27,453 bases of DNA from a virus. Taxonomy: Duplodnaviria; Caudoviricetes. The position numbers and the translations under genes were made by a program. Below, in pieces: positions 16,433-24,906 of the stretch (within the stretch, counting starts at the first letter, position 1; every line of letters begins with the position of its first letter). The stretch is from positions 1 to 27,453 of the IMG/VR virus record IMGVR_UViG_3300037125_000033; one strand, 5' to 3'. A model generated the notes under the pieces. The model was not told where the DNA came from, searched no databases, and was given only the letters and a program-made list of their open reading frames with translations.

Positions 16433-17221
16433 ATGAATGAAATTGTAAAACTTGACAAAAACTTAATGGCCGGATTTGCTGGCATCCAGGATGACGGTTT
16501 TGAGGGCGTAACCTCCCAAGACCTGAAGCCAAACTTTTTACGCATCGCCCAAAGCACGACAGACTGTGCAAAAAAAGGCCATGCCTCTTTTGTCAAAGGT
16601 TTTGAGCCCGGTATTTTTTACGACACTACAACTAAAACAAACATGGGTGAAGTCCTAAAGGTTATTGTGTTAGGCTACTTTACGAATTATGTTGAATGGG
16701 GCCAAGATCAGGGTGATTTTCGAGGCTCCTACACTGTAGGCGATTTTGAGGGAATGAAAAACAGTCTTCCAAACTTTATTGACGATAAAGGAAAGACCCA
16801 CCCCTCAACATGGGTCACAGATGAAGGCAACAAAATTGTTGAGACAAAAAACTATTTTGTATTGCTACCTGATTACACAGACCTTGACATTCTGCTTTTC
16901 ACTATGTCCGGTACAGCTATACCGCAGTCAAGAGAATGGGTCACCAAAATGAATGCTATAAAAATTGAAGGGCAGCGACTCCCGATGTTTGCAAGTGTTT
17001 GGGAACTCGGCCTACTGATGAATGAAAATGAAAAAGGCTCCTGGTATGCACTCGGGAAAAAAGGCTCTTCAAAGATCAAACACCTTGGTATCGTACCCAA
17101 GGAACTACAGCCCCTTGTAATTGAAAAGCGGGAACTTGTAGCAAAATGGATCAATGAAAATAAATCCATTAACTACAAAACCGATGAGACTTTCAGCAAA
17201 GAGGAAGCAACAGAATATTAA
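16433..17221 (+). CDS. Putative ssDNA-binding/annealing protein
   Basis: GFEGVTSQDL.PNFLRIAQ...YVEW...SREW...NEKGSWY and acidic C-terminus ending in an aromatic residue; replication context. Confidence 0.6.
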   Translation: MNEIVKLDKNLMAGFAGIQDDGFEGVTSQDLKPNFLRIAQSTTDCAKKGHASFVKGFEPGIFYDTTTKTNMGEVLKVIVLGYFTNYVEWGQDQGDFRGSYTVGDFEGMKNSLPNFIDDKGKTHPSTWVTDEGNKIVETKNYFVLLPDYTDLDILLFTMSGTAIPQSREWVTKMNAIKIEGQRLPMFASVWELGLLMNENEKGSWYALGKKGSSKIKHLGIVPKELQPLVIEKRELVAKWINENKSINYKTDETFSKEEATEY

Positions 17222-17228
17222 AACTCAG

Positions 17229-17252
17229 GCCCGGAGCAATCCGGGCTTTTTT
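17229..17252 (+). terminator. Intrinsic terminator
   Basis: GCCCGGA-GCAA-TCCGGGC followed by T6. Confidence 0.85.
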
Positions 17253-17268
17253 GAAAGGAGGTAAAAAC

Positions 17269-17472
17269 GTGACTATAAAGAACATAAAACAAAAAATGCT
17301 TGAATGGCGTGATTTTTATGGTGGAGATATTCCTTATACCGATTTAATAAAAAAGGCAAAAACAAAAAAAGAGTTAAGACAGGTATTAGAAACGCATAGG
17401 AGCTTATTGGAAAACACTCTTATTGATGCCATGACACACCTTGACGAGTTTAAAAAATTACTATTTGAATAA
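17269..17472 (+). CDS. Hypothetical protein
   Basis: GTG start after AAGGAGG. Confidence 0.7.
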   Translation: MTIKNIKQKMLEWRDFYGGDIPYTDLIKKAKTKKELRQVLETHRSLLENTLIDAMTHLDEFKKLLFE

Positions 17473-17495
17473 AATTTTTTGAAAAGGTAGAATAA

Positions 17496-18974
17496 ATGCA
17501 AAAGTTTTTTGTCACAAGATCGGACAATATGATTCTAACTCATCTAACAGGAGAAACAGATGAAAGAGGCAAAGTAAAAGCTAAAACTTATCACCCAAGG
17601 CCAAGGCGTGACATTACCCTTGAGGATTGGGAGAACCATTTTTCTGGTAAAGTGGGGCTGGGTGTCTCTCCTTTGTTGCTATCTAATTCATGCAAATGGG
17701 CGGCAATAGATGTTGATATTTATCCTTATAATGTCGAAGAGTTTTCAAGGAAATATAAACATTTGCCCGCTGTTTTTTGCCGTACAAAGTCAGGCGGTTT
17801 GCATATTTATTTTTTCTTTAAAAGAAATAAAAAAGCTAAAGATGTTATTTTATTTTTAAAACAAGTAGCTCTTTTATTTGGCTTTATAGACTATGAATGG
17901 TTTCCAGCACAGGAAAAGTCACCAGCAGAGGGTGAGCCTAACTGTATTAATCTTCCTTATTTCAATAAGTATGATACAAACAGATACGCTATTTATGATG
18001 GTAATGTTTTAGACTACACATCTTTTATTGCACACATTCAAAAAAATATTATAATTGACTTTAACGAAGTTTTAAAACATTTTGTTTTATCTGAGGCCCC
18101 TCCGTGTGTTCAAAAAATGCACGCTCAAGGAATAATGGAAGGCAGCCGGGATGTTTCACTATTAAACACAGCAATATTTTTAAAACAAAAATACCCTAAC
18201 GACTGGATAAAAAAGCTTTATAAACTAAACTATTCACTTGATGAGCCTTTACCAGATAAAGAGCTTGAGCAATCTGTCATAAGCCAGGTACAAAACAAAG
18301 ATGTTTTTTTCACCTGCGGAAAATTAAAAGACGTATGCCAACGGGATGTTTGCCTCACAAGAAAATATGGCATAGGCTCTGCTTCCTCAGTAGAAAAAAT
18401 TTTAGGAGAGTTGAAAAAAATCACTACTGATCCCCCGGTTTGGGTGATGGTGGTTGATGGGCAGGAAATACAACTTTCTACTGAAAAACTTCTAAACTTT
18501 AACGCTTTCAGAATGAAGGTTTTAGAAACAACTAACAAACTAATAGCAAGAATAAAAGTTAATGACTGGGAGGCCATCTTAGCGGAGAAATGTGACCCCG
18601 CTAATCTGGTGATAATAGAGGCTCCTGAAGATGCGGGGCAGCATTCAGATTTTTATAGTTGCTTGAAAGAATTTTGTCTTAAGCGGTGCAATACAAGATC
18701 AAGGGACGATGTAACCGATGACAAAGTGCATATTGAAAACGGCAGAAATTATTTTAGAATTGAGGCCTTAGTCCGCTACCTAAAAAACCGGGTAAGATAC
18801 AACTATAAAAATAATGACATTTATCCGCTGATAAGAGGCATCGGGGGTGATGGCGATTACCAGGCAATAAAAGGTAAATCAACTCGCCTTTGGTATGTAC
18901 CAACATATAAAGAGCAGGAGCAACACGAAGAAAAACGAAAAGTGCCTGAATGGGCAGAGGAAGGAGGTTATTGA
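17496..18974 (+). CDS. AEP-superfamily primase/primpol with PriCT-like domain
   Basis: CKWAAIDVD (DxD), RTKSGGLHIYFF, INLPYF, then PPC...EGSRD..L. Confidence 0.85.
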   Translation: MQKFFVTRSDNMILTHLTGETDERGKVKAKTYHPRPRRDITLEDWENHFSGKVGLGVSPLLLSNSCKWAAIDVDIYPYNVEEFSRKYKHLPAVFCRTKSGGLHIYFFFKRNKKAKDVILFLKQVALLFGFIDYEWFPAQEKSPAEGEPNCINLPYFNKYDTNRYAIYDGNVLDYTSFIAHIQKNIIIDFNEVLKHFVLSEAPPCVQKMHAQGIMEGSRDVSLLNTAIFLKQKYPNDWIKKLYKLNYSLDEPLPDKELEQSVISQVQNKDVFFTCGKLKDVCQRDVCLTRKYGIGSASSVEKILGELKKITTDPPVWVMVVDGQEIQLSTEKLLNFNAFRMKVLETTNKLIARIKVNDWEAILAEKCDPANLVIIEAPEDAGQHSDFYSCLKEFCLKRCNTRSRDDVTDDKVHIENGRNYFRIEALVRYLKNRVRYNYKNNDIYPLIRGIGGDGDYQAIKGKSTRLWYVPTYKEQEQHEEKRKVPEWAEEGGY

Positions 18975-18975
18975 A

Positions 18976-19660
18976 ATGGTAATAAGAAAAGAAGATGTTG
19001 ACAAATTAACAGACAAAGCAGCAAAAGAACTACTGAAAGAAATTATTGACCAATTAGATGAATTAGATTGTGATGATTTCTTTGGCACAGAAGGATGGAG
19101 ACATATGTTTGGTTTGGAGGATTAAATGAATAAAAAATATTTAGTAAAGGTGAGAACATCACATCAAATAACAGAGGATACTTTTAAAGTTTATTATGAA
19201 GAAAAGCTGTTTGATAAAACAGCAACAATAGAAGACATCGAAGCTTGGTATAAGAAGCGTTTTCCATATAAAGAATCACGTCTTGATGTTAGATTAACGC
19301 AACCAGAGCAATAAAAGGAGATGATTAAGATGAAAGAAATATTAGCAGTAATATTACTTAGCTTTTTAAGCTTCTTTTTAGGAATGTTTGCAGCTTGGTT
19401 AATTGAAGCAATAAAAGAACTTAAAAAAACAAGACAAAGATTAAAGGAGCTTCAAAATGACAAAAACTGAAATCTGGCTACTTGAAAAACATAAAAAAAT
19501 GCTTTCAGTATGTAAAGAAGAGATTGATAATTTTAGGCTTAGTGTGAATGATTTTGAAACTGAGATAATGGACTCATTTGAAATATGGCTTAATAAAGAT
19601 AAGCCTCTAACATGGAAACAGTTTAAAGTATTAAATCGCATTTATGAAAGGATTGAATAA
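18976..19660 (+). CDS. Four small hypothetical genes (18976-19125, 19126-19314, 19321-19470 membrane peptide, 19457-19660)
   Basis: Closely packed ORFs, each with a GGAG-type RBS. Confidence 0.6.
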
Positions 19661-19917
19661 TGTCTGTATACGTTGATCAATCAATATGGCAATTTAAAAA
19701 TATGATTATGTGTCATATGATAGCAGATGATATAAAAGAGCTTCATAAAATGGCTGATTTAATAGGAATAAAAAGAAAGTGGTTTCAAAATAAAAAAATA
19801 CCTCATTATGATATCTGCAAAACTAAAAGAAAGTTAGCTATTGAAAATGGGGCTATTGAAATAGATATACGAGAATTTATAAAGAAAACAAAAGAGCTTC
19901 AAAATGACAAAAGCTGA
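19660..19917 (+). CDS. DUF4031 family protein
   Basis: MSVYVD...MCHMIAD...ELH..A..IGIKRKWFQ...PHYDI...R.LAI..GA. Confidence 0.85.
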   Translation: MSVYVDQSIWQFKNMIMCHMIADDIKELHKMADLIGIKRKWFQNKKIPHYDICKTKRKLAIENGAIEIDIREFIKKTKELQNDKS

Positions 19918-20155
19918 ATTATGGCTAATAAGCCAAGGCAGAAAAGCGAATCAAGAAACTATTGATTTGTTGGACGAATATTTAAAAAAAGAAGAAAGCA
20001 AATTTGAAAACCTAAAAAGATATATTGAGCCTATAAGATGTGAAGCTCTAACTTTAGAGGACAAAATTAGATCAGGAGGTGAAAATATTGAAGCTCTTTC
20101 AAATAGGGCTGATAAGATATGGTCTTTGCTTGATGAGGCGCTAAATGATAACTAA
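19904..20155 (+). CDS. Hypothetical protein
   Basis: Coupled ORF; N-terminus similar to that of the 19457 ORF. Confidence 0.65.
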   Translation: MTKAELWLISQGRKANQETIDLLDEYLKKEESKFENLKRYIEPIRCEALTLEDKIRSGGENIEALSNRADKIWSLLDEALNDN

Positions 20156-21512
20156 AATCATCGGCCCACCTGGAACAGGGAAAACCTACACCCTTGTACA
20201 GCTTGCAGAAAAATACAAAACTATTGCCGGGCTGTCATTCACAAAGGCAGCGGCTCAGGAATTTTCAGACCGTGTTCAAAAATCAAAAGATTATTGCAGG
20301 ACGCTTCACAGTTTTTGTTTTAAACTGTTAGGTTTAAGAATGTCTGACATGAGAGATTTTAAGCTTATGACTCAATTCAAAGAAAAAATGGGTGACATAG
20401 GCTATGAAATGTCATTTTATTTTGATGAGGAAAACTACCAAGAAAAAAGATCTATCCCGATGTACCTTTACCAGTTAAGTAAAAACTTGATGATGCCTAT
20501 CCAGGAAGTTTACAAAGATGGTGTTTATGATGTCAGCTTAAAAGATGTTCTTTACGTGACAAACTGTTATGACAATTTTAAAAAATATCATAGTGTAATT
20601 GATTTTAATGATATTCTCACGCAGGCAATAGAACAAAACATCAAGGCTCCTGAAGACATAGAAGCTGTTTTTCTCGATGAAGCACAGGACTTGACAGTTT
20701 TACAGTGGGAAGTTTTCAATCAAGTATTCGCAAACATTCCTGATAAATATATTGTAGGGGATGATTGCCAGTGTCTTTATCACTGGGCCGGGGTTGATAT
20801 CAAAAAATTTATTGATTACCCGTGCGATAAAATCGTAACACTTGAAAAATCATACAGATTAAAAAGCAATATCCTTGAAACCAGTAAAAAAATATATTCC
20901 AAAATTAAAACAAAGCTTGCAAGGGACTTCCAGCCTATAGCAGAAGGCGGTGAAGTTTCCAAAATCCATAGGCTTGACACCTTTGGTTTTACATCTAACG
21001 AAAGTTATTTTATCTTAGCAAGAAATCATTTTTTGTGTAGGCAATATGCCAAGATTTTAAAAGAAGAAGGCTATCCTTTTATTGTCGACGGTAAAGCCTC
21101 TATTGACTTAAAAGATGTCAAAGCAATTTTTGCATGGGAGCGACTCAGAAAAAGCGGCGGTGATTTTGACAAGGAATATTTCAAAGACTACACCGATAAT
21201 TTTGATAAAGAGAAAACTTGGTTTGAAGCTTTTGATTTCATGGAAACTGAAAAAGCTATTTACTACCGGGATGTTTTAAGGAATGGTTTCTCTATTGATC
21301 CAAAGAAAATACAAATTGAAATCACAACCATACACAAATCAAAGGGCCGTGAGGCCGACAATGTGATAGTAGCCTTGGATGTCTCATCAAAGGTTTTTGA
21401 AAATATAGAAAAGGATGAAGAACACAAAGTGTTTTATGTTGCAGTAACAAGGGCAAAGAAAAGGCTTTTTATTTTAACGCCTGAAACTGAAAAATATTAT
21501 AGAGGAGTATAA
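20145..21512 (+). CDS. UvrD/Rep-like SF1 helicase
   Basis: GPPGTGKT, SFTKAAA, DEAQD, VGDDCQ, TIHKSKGRE, YVAVTRAK. Confidence 0.95.
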   Translation: MITKIIGPPGTGKTYTLVQLAEKYKTIAGLSFTKAAAQEFSDRVQKSKDYCRTLHSFCFKLLGLRMSDMRDFKLMTQFKEKMGDIGYEMSFYFDEENYQEKRSIPMYLYQLSKNLMMPIQEVYKDGVYDVSLKDVLYVTNCYDNFKKYHSVIDFNDILTQAIEQNIKAPEDIEAVFLDEAQDLTVLQWEVFNQVFANIPDKYIVGDDCQCLYHWAGVDIKKFIDYPCDKIVTLEKSYRLKSNILETSKKIYSKIKTKLARDFQPIAEGGEVSKIHRLDTFGFTSNESYFILARNHFLCRQYAKILKEEGYPFIVDGKASIDLKDVKAIFAWERLRKSGGDFDKEYFKDYTDNFDKEKTWFEAFDFMETEKAIYYRDVLRNGFSIDPKKIQIEITTIHKSKGREADNVIVALDVSSKVFENIEKDEEHKVFYVAVTRAKKRLFILTPETEKYYRGV

Positions 21513-21513
21513 A

Positions 21514-21690
21514 ATGAAAGAAGTAAGAGTAAAATTGACAAGTGATTTCCCAAATAAATTTTTAGTTTCCTTTCTTGGAAATAACACTTCTTTTTTTGGA
21601 TATAAGTTTCAAGATAGAATAGAGTTAAATTTTAAACACTATAAAATTGTTTTTGAAGAAGAAGATTTTAAATACTTAGAAATAACTTGA
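21514..21690 (+). CDS. Small hypothetical protein (58 aa)
   Basis: GAGGAG RBS; MKEVRVKLTSDFPNKFLVSFLGNN...; its stop codon overlaps the operator. Confidence 0.65.
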   Translation: MKEVRVKLTSDFPNKFLVSFLGNNTSFFGYKFQDRIELNFKHYKIVFEEEDFKYLEIT

Positions 21691-21715
21691 CTTTTTAGTA
21701 AAGATATATTAAGGT
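21687..21715 (+). promoter_or_regulatory. Promoter with operator variant TTGACT-TTTT-AGTAAA
   Basis: One mismatch to the palindrome; TAAGGT at 17-bp spacing. Confidence 0.65.
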
Positions 21716-21733
21716 ATTGTAAAGGAGATAAGC

Positions 21734-21937
21734 ATGAAAATAATTTTTGATAAAGATGACATGATTAACTTTGTTAGTTGGTATGATGGAAAACATGAAA
21801 AGGATTGTCTTGCTTCTTTTGAGATGGAGTTTAATGAATGGGTGCGACTACAAAACTGTGAAAATCCTGTTCATGATGTACAGGTTGATGCTGATGGTAG
21901 ATGTCACTGGTGCAATTTAAAATACAAAAAATATTGA
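21734..21937 (+). CDS. Hypothetical protein
   Basis: AAGGAG RBS; C..H...CHWC. Confidence 0.7.
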   Translation: MKIIFDKDDMINFVSWYDGKHEKDCLASFEMEFNEWVRLQNCENPVHDVQVDADGRCHWCNLKYKKY

Positions 21938-21949
21938 TAGGAGATAAAC

Positions 21950-22387
21950 ATGAAAAAAGAAAAGAATTTTCAAAAAAGATTTGTTAAAGAAGCTGAACGC
22001 TTAGACCTTCAGTCGATTGAACTGTCAAACCTGATGAACCCAGATGGCAAGCCTGACTTACTTCTATTGCATCCAAACAACTACCTTTATATTGAAATAA
22101 AGATTTCAGAACACAAACAAGATTTTATGATAAAATCATTATTTACCGGGCGGCCTTTGCAGCTTCCATATTACTATGCTTTTTTAAAATCTCATGAATG
22201 GCGAATCTATGTGTTGATCAAAATGAATAGAGGCTTTGAAGTTTTAAAACTCAATAGAAAAATGGTTAAGGCAATAATGGCCGGGCTTAAATACAAAGAG
22301 CTATCAACAGACTGGTTTATGAATAGTAATTTTTTCACAAACAAAGAGGAATTGTTTTGTTACTTAAAAGGGGAGTTGGTGAAATGA
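21950..22387 (+). CDS. VRR-NUC / PD-(D/E)XK nuclease (resolvase-like)
   Basis: EKNFQ...GKPDLLL...YIEIK...Q. Confidence 0.8.
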   Translation: MKKEKNFQKRFVKEAERLDLQSIELSNLMNPDGKPDLLLLHPNNYLYIEIKISEHKQDFMIKSLFTGRPLQLPYYYAFLKSHEWRIYVLIKMNRGFEVLKLNRKMVKAIMAGLKYKELSTDWFMNSNFFTNKEELFCYLKGELVK

Positions 22388-22723
22388 ATGAATGAAATAA
22401 AATTTAGAGCATGGGATACATTTCTAAATGAATGGGTATACCAAGAAGAATCTGGATATTTTGATTTTATTGATAACTTAACTATAGATTATGATAAAGA
22501 ACGTTTTATACTTGAACAATACACCGAAGCAAATGACAAGACAAATACAGAAATCTATAAAAATGACATTTTAGAATCTGGCTTGTCAAAACATAAATAT
22601 GTTGTTGTAAAAGAAAATGGTGCATGGGTTGGGAGGTCTTTGACTTCTGGAATACTTGTACTACCCTTTAGGGGTTTTGCTTTTTCAAAAGTAATAGGAA
22701 ACACCCATGAGGAAATGAAATGA
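22388..22723 (+). CDS. YopX family protein
   Basis: MNEIKFRAWD...QYT...D....EIY.NDIL...VIGNTHE. Confidence 0.85.
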   Translation: MNEIKFRAWDTFLNEWVYQEESGYFDFIDNLTIDYDKERFILEQYTEANDKTNTEIYKNDILESGLSKHKYVVVKENGAWVGRSLTSGILVLPFRGFAFSKVIGNTHEEMK

Positions 22724-24483
22724 CATTCCCAAACCTCAGCCAAGAAAAAATAATCAGCCTTGATATTGAAACAAAGGATACCGAGCTAAAAAAGCTTGGC
22801 CCCGGCCCCCGCCGTGACGGTAAAATATTGGGTGTTGCTATTGCAGTAGAAAAAGGCTCATGGTATTTTGAACCATCGGAAAATCTTTTCACTTGGTTAA
22901 AAAGTCTCACTGATAAAACTTTCATCGGCGCAAACTTTCTTTATGACATGGACTTTTTGCAGTACCAAGATGTTTTAATACACAAGGCCCTCGATATTCA
23001 AGTAGCCGAACAATTGATAGATGAAAATCAAAAGAAATATTCCCTTGATTTTATGGGGCATAAGTATTTAGGCATCGGAAAAAAGAAAGATGAAATACAG
23101 GAGTTTTGTGATAGAAACGGACTGAAGGGTGACCCAAGAAAGCACCTTTGGAAAATGCCCCCGGCCTTAGTGGGTAAGTATGCGAAGATTGATGCTGAAC
23201 TTAATTTAAACGTTTTCAATAAGCAGTTACCAATTTTGAGAGAACAGGACTTAATTGATCTATTTGATCTTGAGATGAGGCTTTTTCCTTTGCTTTTGAA
23301 AATGCGAAAAGTAGGGATAAGGATTGATAGAAAGAAGCTTTATGACTTAGATGATTTATATACCAAGATTTTAACAGAACATCAAGAAAAACTTAATAAA
23401 CTTGTGGGTTTTGATTGTAATGTGAGATCAAGGATTGACGTACAAAAAGCCTTTGATAAGTTAGGCTATCCATACGGATATAACCCCCCTACGGAAAAAA
23501 TGATAGCGGCAGGGAAAGACCCTAATCCATGTTTTAATGCTGCTTTCCTGGATTCCTGTGACCATGAACTTGCTAACTTACTCCGCTATATTGCAAAGTA
23601 TAGGGACATTTCCTCAAAGTTTACCAGTACTTTAGATCATCATATAGTTAATGGTCGGATACATCCAAACTTTAAAAGTTTTCTTACTGAAGATGGTGGC
23701 ACAGTGTCAGGGCGGTTTTCCTGTAAAACACCTAACCTACAGCAACAGTGTAATGCTAAAAAAGTTTTTAAAGATGGCCGAAAGTTTGGAAAAGAAATAA
23801 GGAGCGTATTTTTACCTGAAGAAGATCATTACTTTGGGAAAGGTGATCAGGCACAAATAGAAATGCGGTTGTTTTTTCATTATGCCAGCGGGCCGGGATC
23901 GGATGATATCAGAGAAGCCTTGATCAAAAATCCTGATCTTGATTGTTATTCGATGCTATCGAGTGTCTCAGGTATCGAACGTGACCCAACAAAGACAATT
24001 ACCCTTGGACTTCTATATGGTATGGGCCTTGGAAAACTCTGTAAAAGTCTAAAGTTAACAGAAGAAGAAGGAAAAGCAGTCATAAATGGCTACCATGAAA
24101 AATTACCTTACATGAGGGCGACTACTTCACAGATTCAAAGAGTCGCATCATCAAGGGGATATATCAAAACCATATTAAAAAGGCGCAGAAGATTTCCAGA
24201 CAAAAATTGGTGTTATAAAGCACCAAATAGCTTGTTTCAAGGTTCGGCTGCTGATCAGCTCAAAAAAACCATGGTTGATGCGTATGAAGCCGGGGTTTTT
24301 GATGTGTTAGTGCCTCATTTGACAGTACATGATGAGCTTGACTACTCAGTGCCAAAAACCAAGGCAGGATATGAAGCTGAAAAAGAATTAAAGTATATTG
24401 CAGAGAACTGCGTAAAATTTAAAGTGCCCCTCAAGTTTGAACTTGAAAGGGGAGAAAATTGGGGAGAGTTGAAAGATGTATAA
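22720..24483 (+). CDS. polA: Family A DNA polymerase (3'-5' exonuclease + polymerase)
   Basis: Exo I DIET, Exo III YAKIDA, SGRFSC..PNLQQ, motif A DQAQIEMR, motif B KTITLGLLYG, motif C VHDEL. Confidence 0.95.
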   Translation: MTFPNLSQEKIISLDIETKDTELKKLGPGPRRDGKILGVAIAVEKGSWYFEPSENLFTWLKSLTDKTFIGANFLYDMDFLQYQDVLIHKALDIQVAEQLIDENQKKYSLDFMGHKYLGIGKKKDEIQEFCDRNGLKGDPRKHLWKMPPALVGKYAKIDAELNLNVFNKQLPILREQDLIDLFDLEMRLFPLLLKMRKVGIRIDRKKLYDLDDLYTKILTEHQEKLNKLVGFDCNVRSRIDVQKAFDKLGYPYGYNPPTEKMIAAGKDPNPCFNAAFLDSCDHELANLLRYIAKYRDISSKFTSTLDHHIVNGRIHPNFKSFLTEDGGTVSGRFSCKTPNLQQQCNAKKVFKDGRKFGKEIRSVFLPEEDHYFGKGDQAQIEMRLFFHYASGPGSDDIREALIKNPDLDCYSMLSSVSGIERDPTKTITLGLLYGMGLGKLCKSLKLTEEEGKAVINGYHEKLPYMRATTSQIQRVASSRGYIKTILKRRRRFPDKNWCYKAPNSLFQGSAADQLKKTMVDAYEAGVFDVLVPHLTVHDELDYSVPKTKAGYEAEKELKYIAENCVKFKVPLKFELERGENWGELKDV

Positions 24484-24664
24484 AAAATATGTTTCGATAG
24501 TTTATGATTTACAAGGGAAAAAAGGAGAACATGGCATAGGCAGGATTTTAGCTAAAATAGATATTAAAAAGAAAAGCAACTTTTCATATTTAAAAAAGAT
24601 AGAGAATGAGATAAGAGATATTCTTAATGTTGAAAATATTTTGATAACAAACATACTTGACTAA
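24476..24664 (+). CDS. Hypothetical protein
   Basis: ORF overlapping the polA stop. Confidence 0.6.
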   Translation: MYKKYVSIVYDLQGKKGEHGIGRILAKIDIKKKSNFSYLKKIENEIRDILNVENILITNILD

Positions 24665-24685
24665 AAAGTAAATAAGTATTATACT
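24657..24685 (+). promoter_or_regulatory. Promoter with operator variant TTGACT-AAAA-AGTAAA
   Basis: TTGACT-17-TATACT. Confidence 0.75.
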
Positions 24686-24717
24686 TTAAGAAGATATCTT
24701 TAATTCAGGAGAAATAG

Positions 24718-24906
24718 ATGATACCAAAGATTCACAAGCTTTTAGGACTTTTTCACTCACCAGGTATTGAATACCACATTAATGATGTGTTTGAAAATAC
24801 AGGGATTGTGTCACTCGGCAGCCTAAAAACTACATTTTATGACCTCAGAAAAAGAGGGAAAGCCGATATTAGGATTAAATTTAATTTTGTAAAAAGACAC
24901 GCATGA
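24718..24906 (+). CDS. Small basic protein, possible winged HTH
   Basis: AGGAG RBS; helix-helix(INDVFENTGI)-helix(SLKTTFYDLRKRG)-beta-hairpin pattern. Confidence 0.55.
   Translation: MIPKIHKLLGLFHSPGIEYHINDVFENTGIVSLGSLKTTFYDLRKRGKADIRIKFNFVKRHA

Noticed and set aside
17010-22040. CTGATGA hammerhead-like cores near 17015 and 22031
   Set aside because: Inside coding sequence, with no flanking stems arranged around a GAAA.
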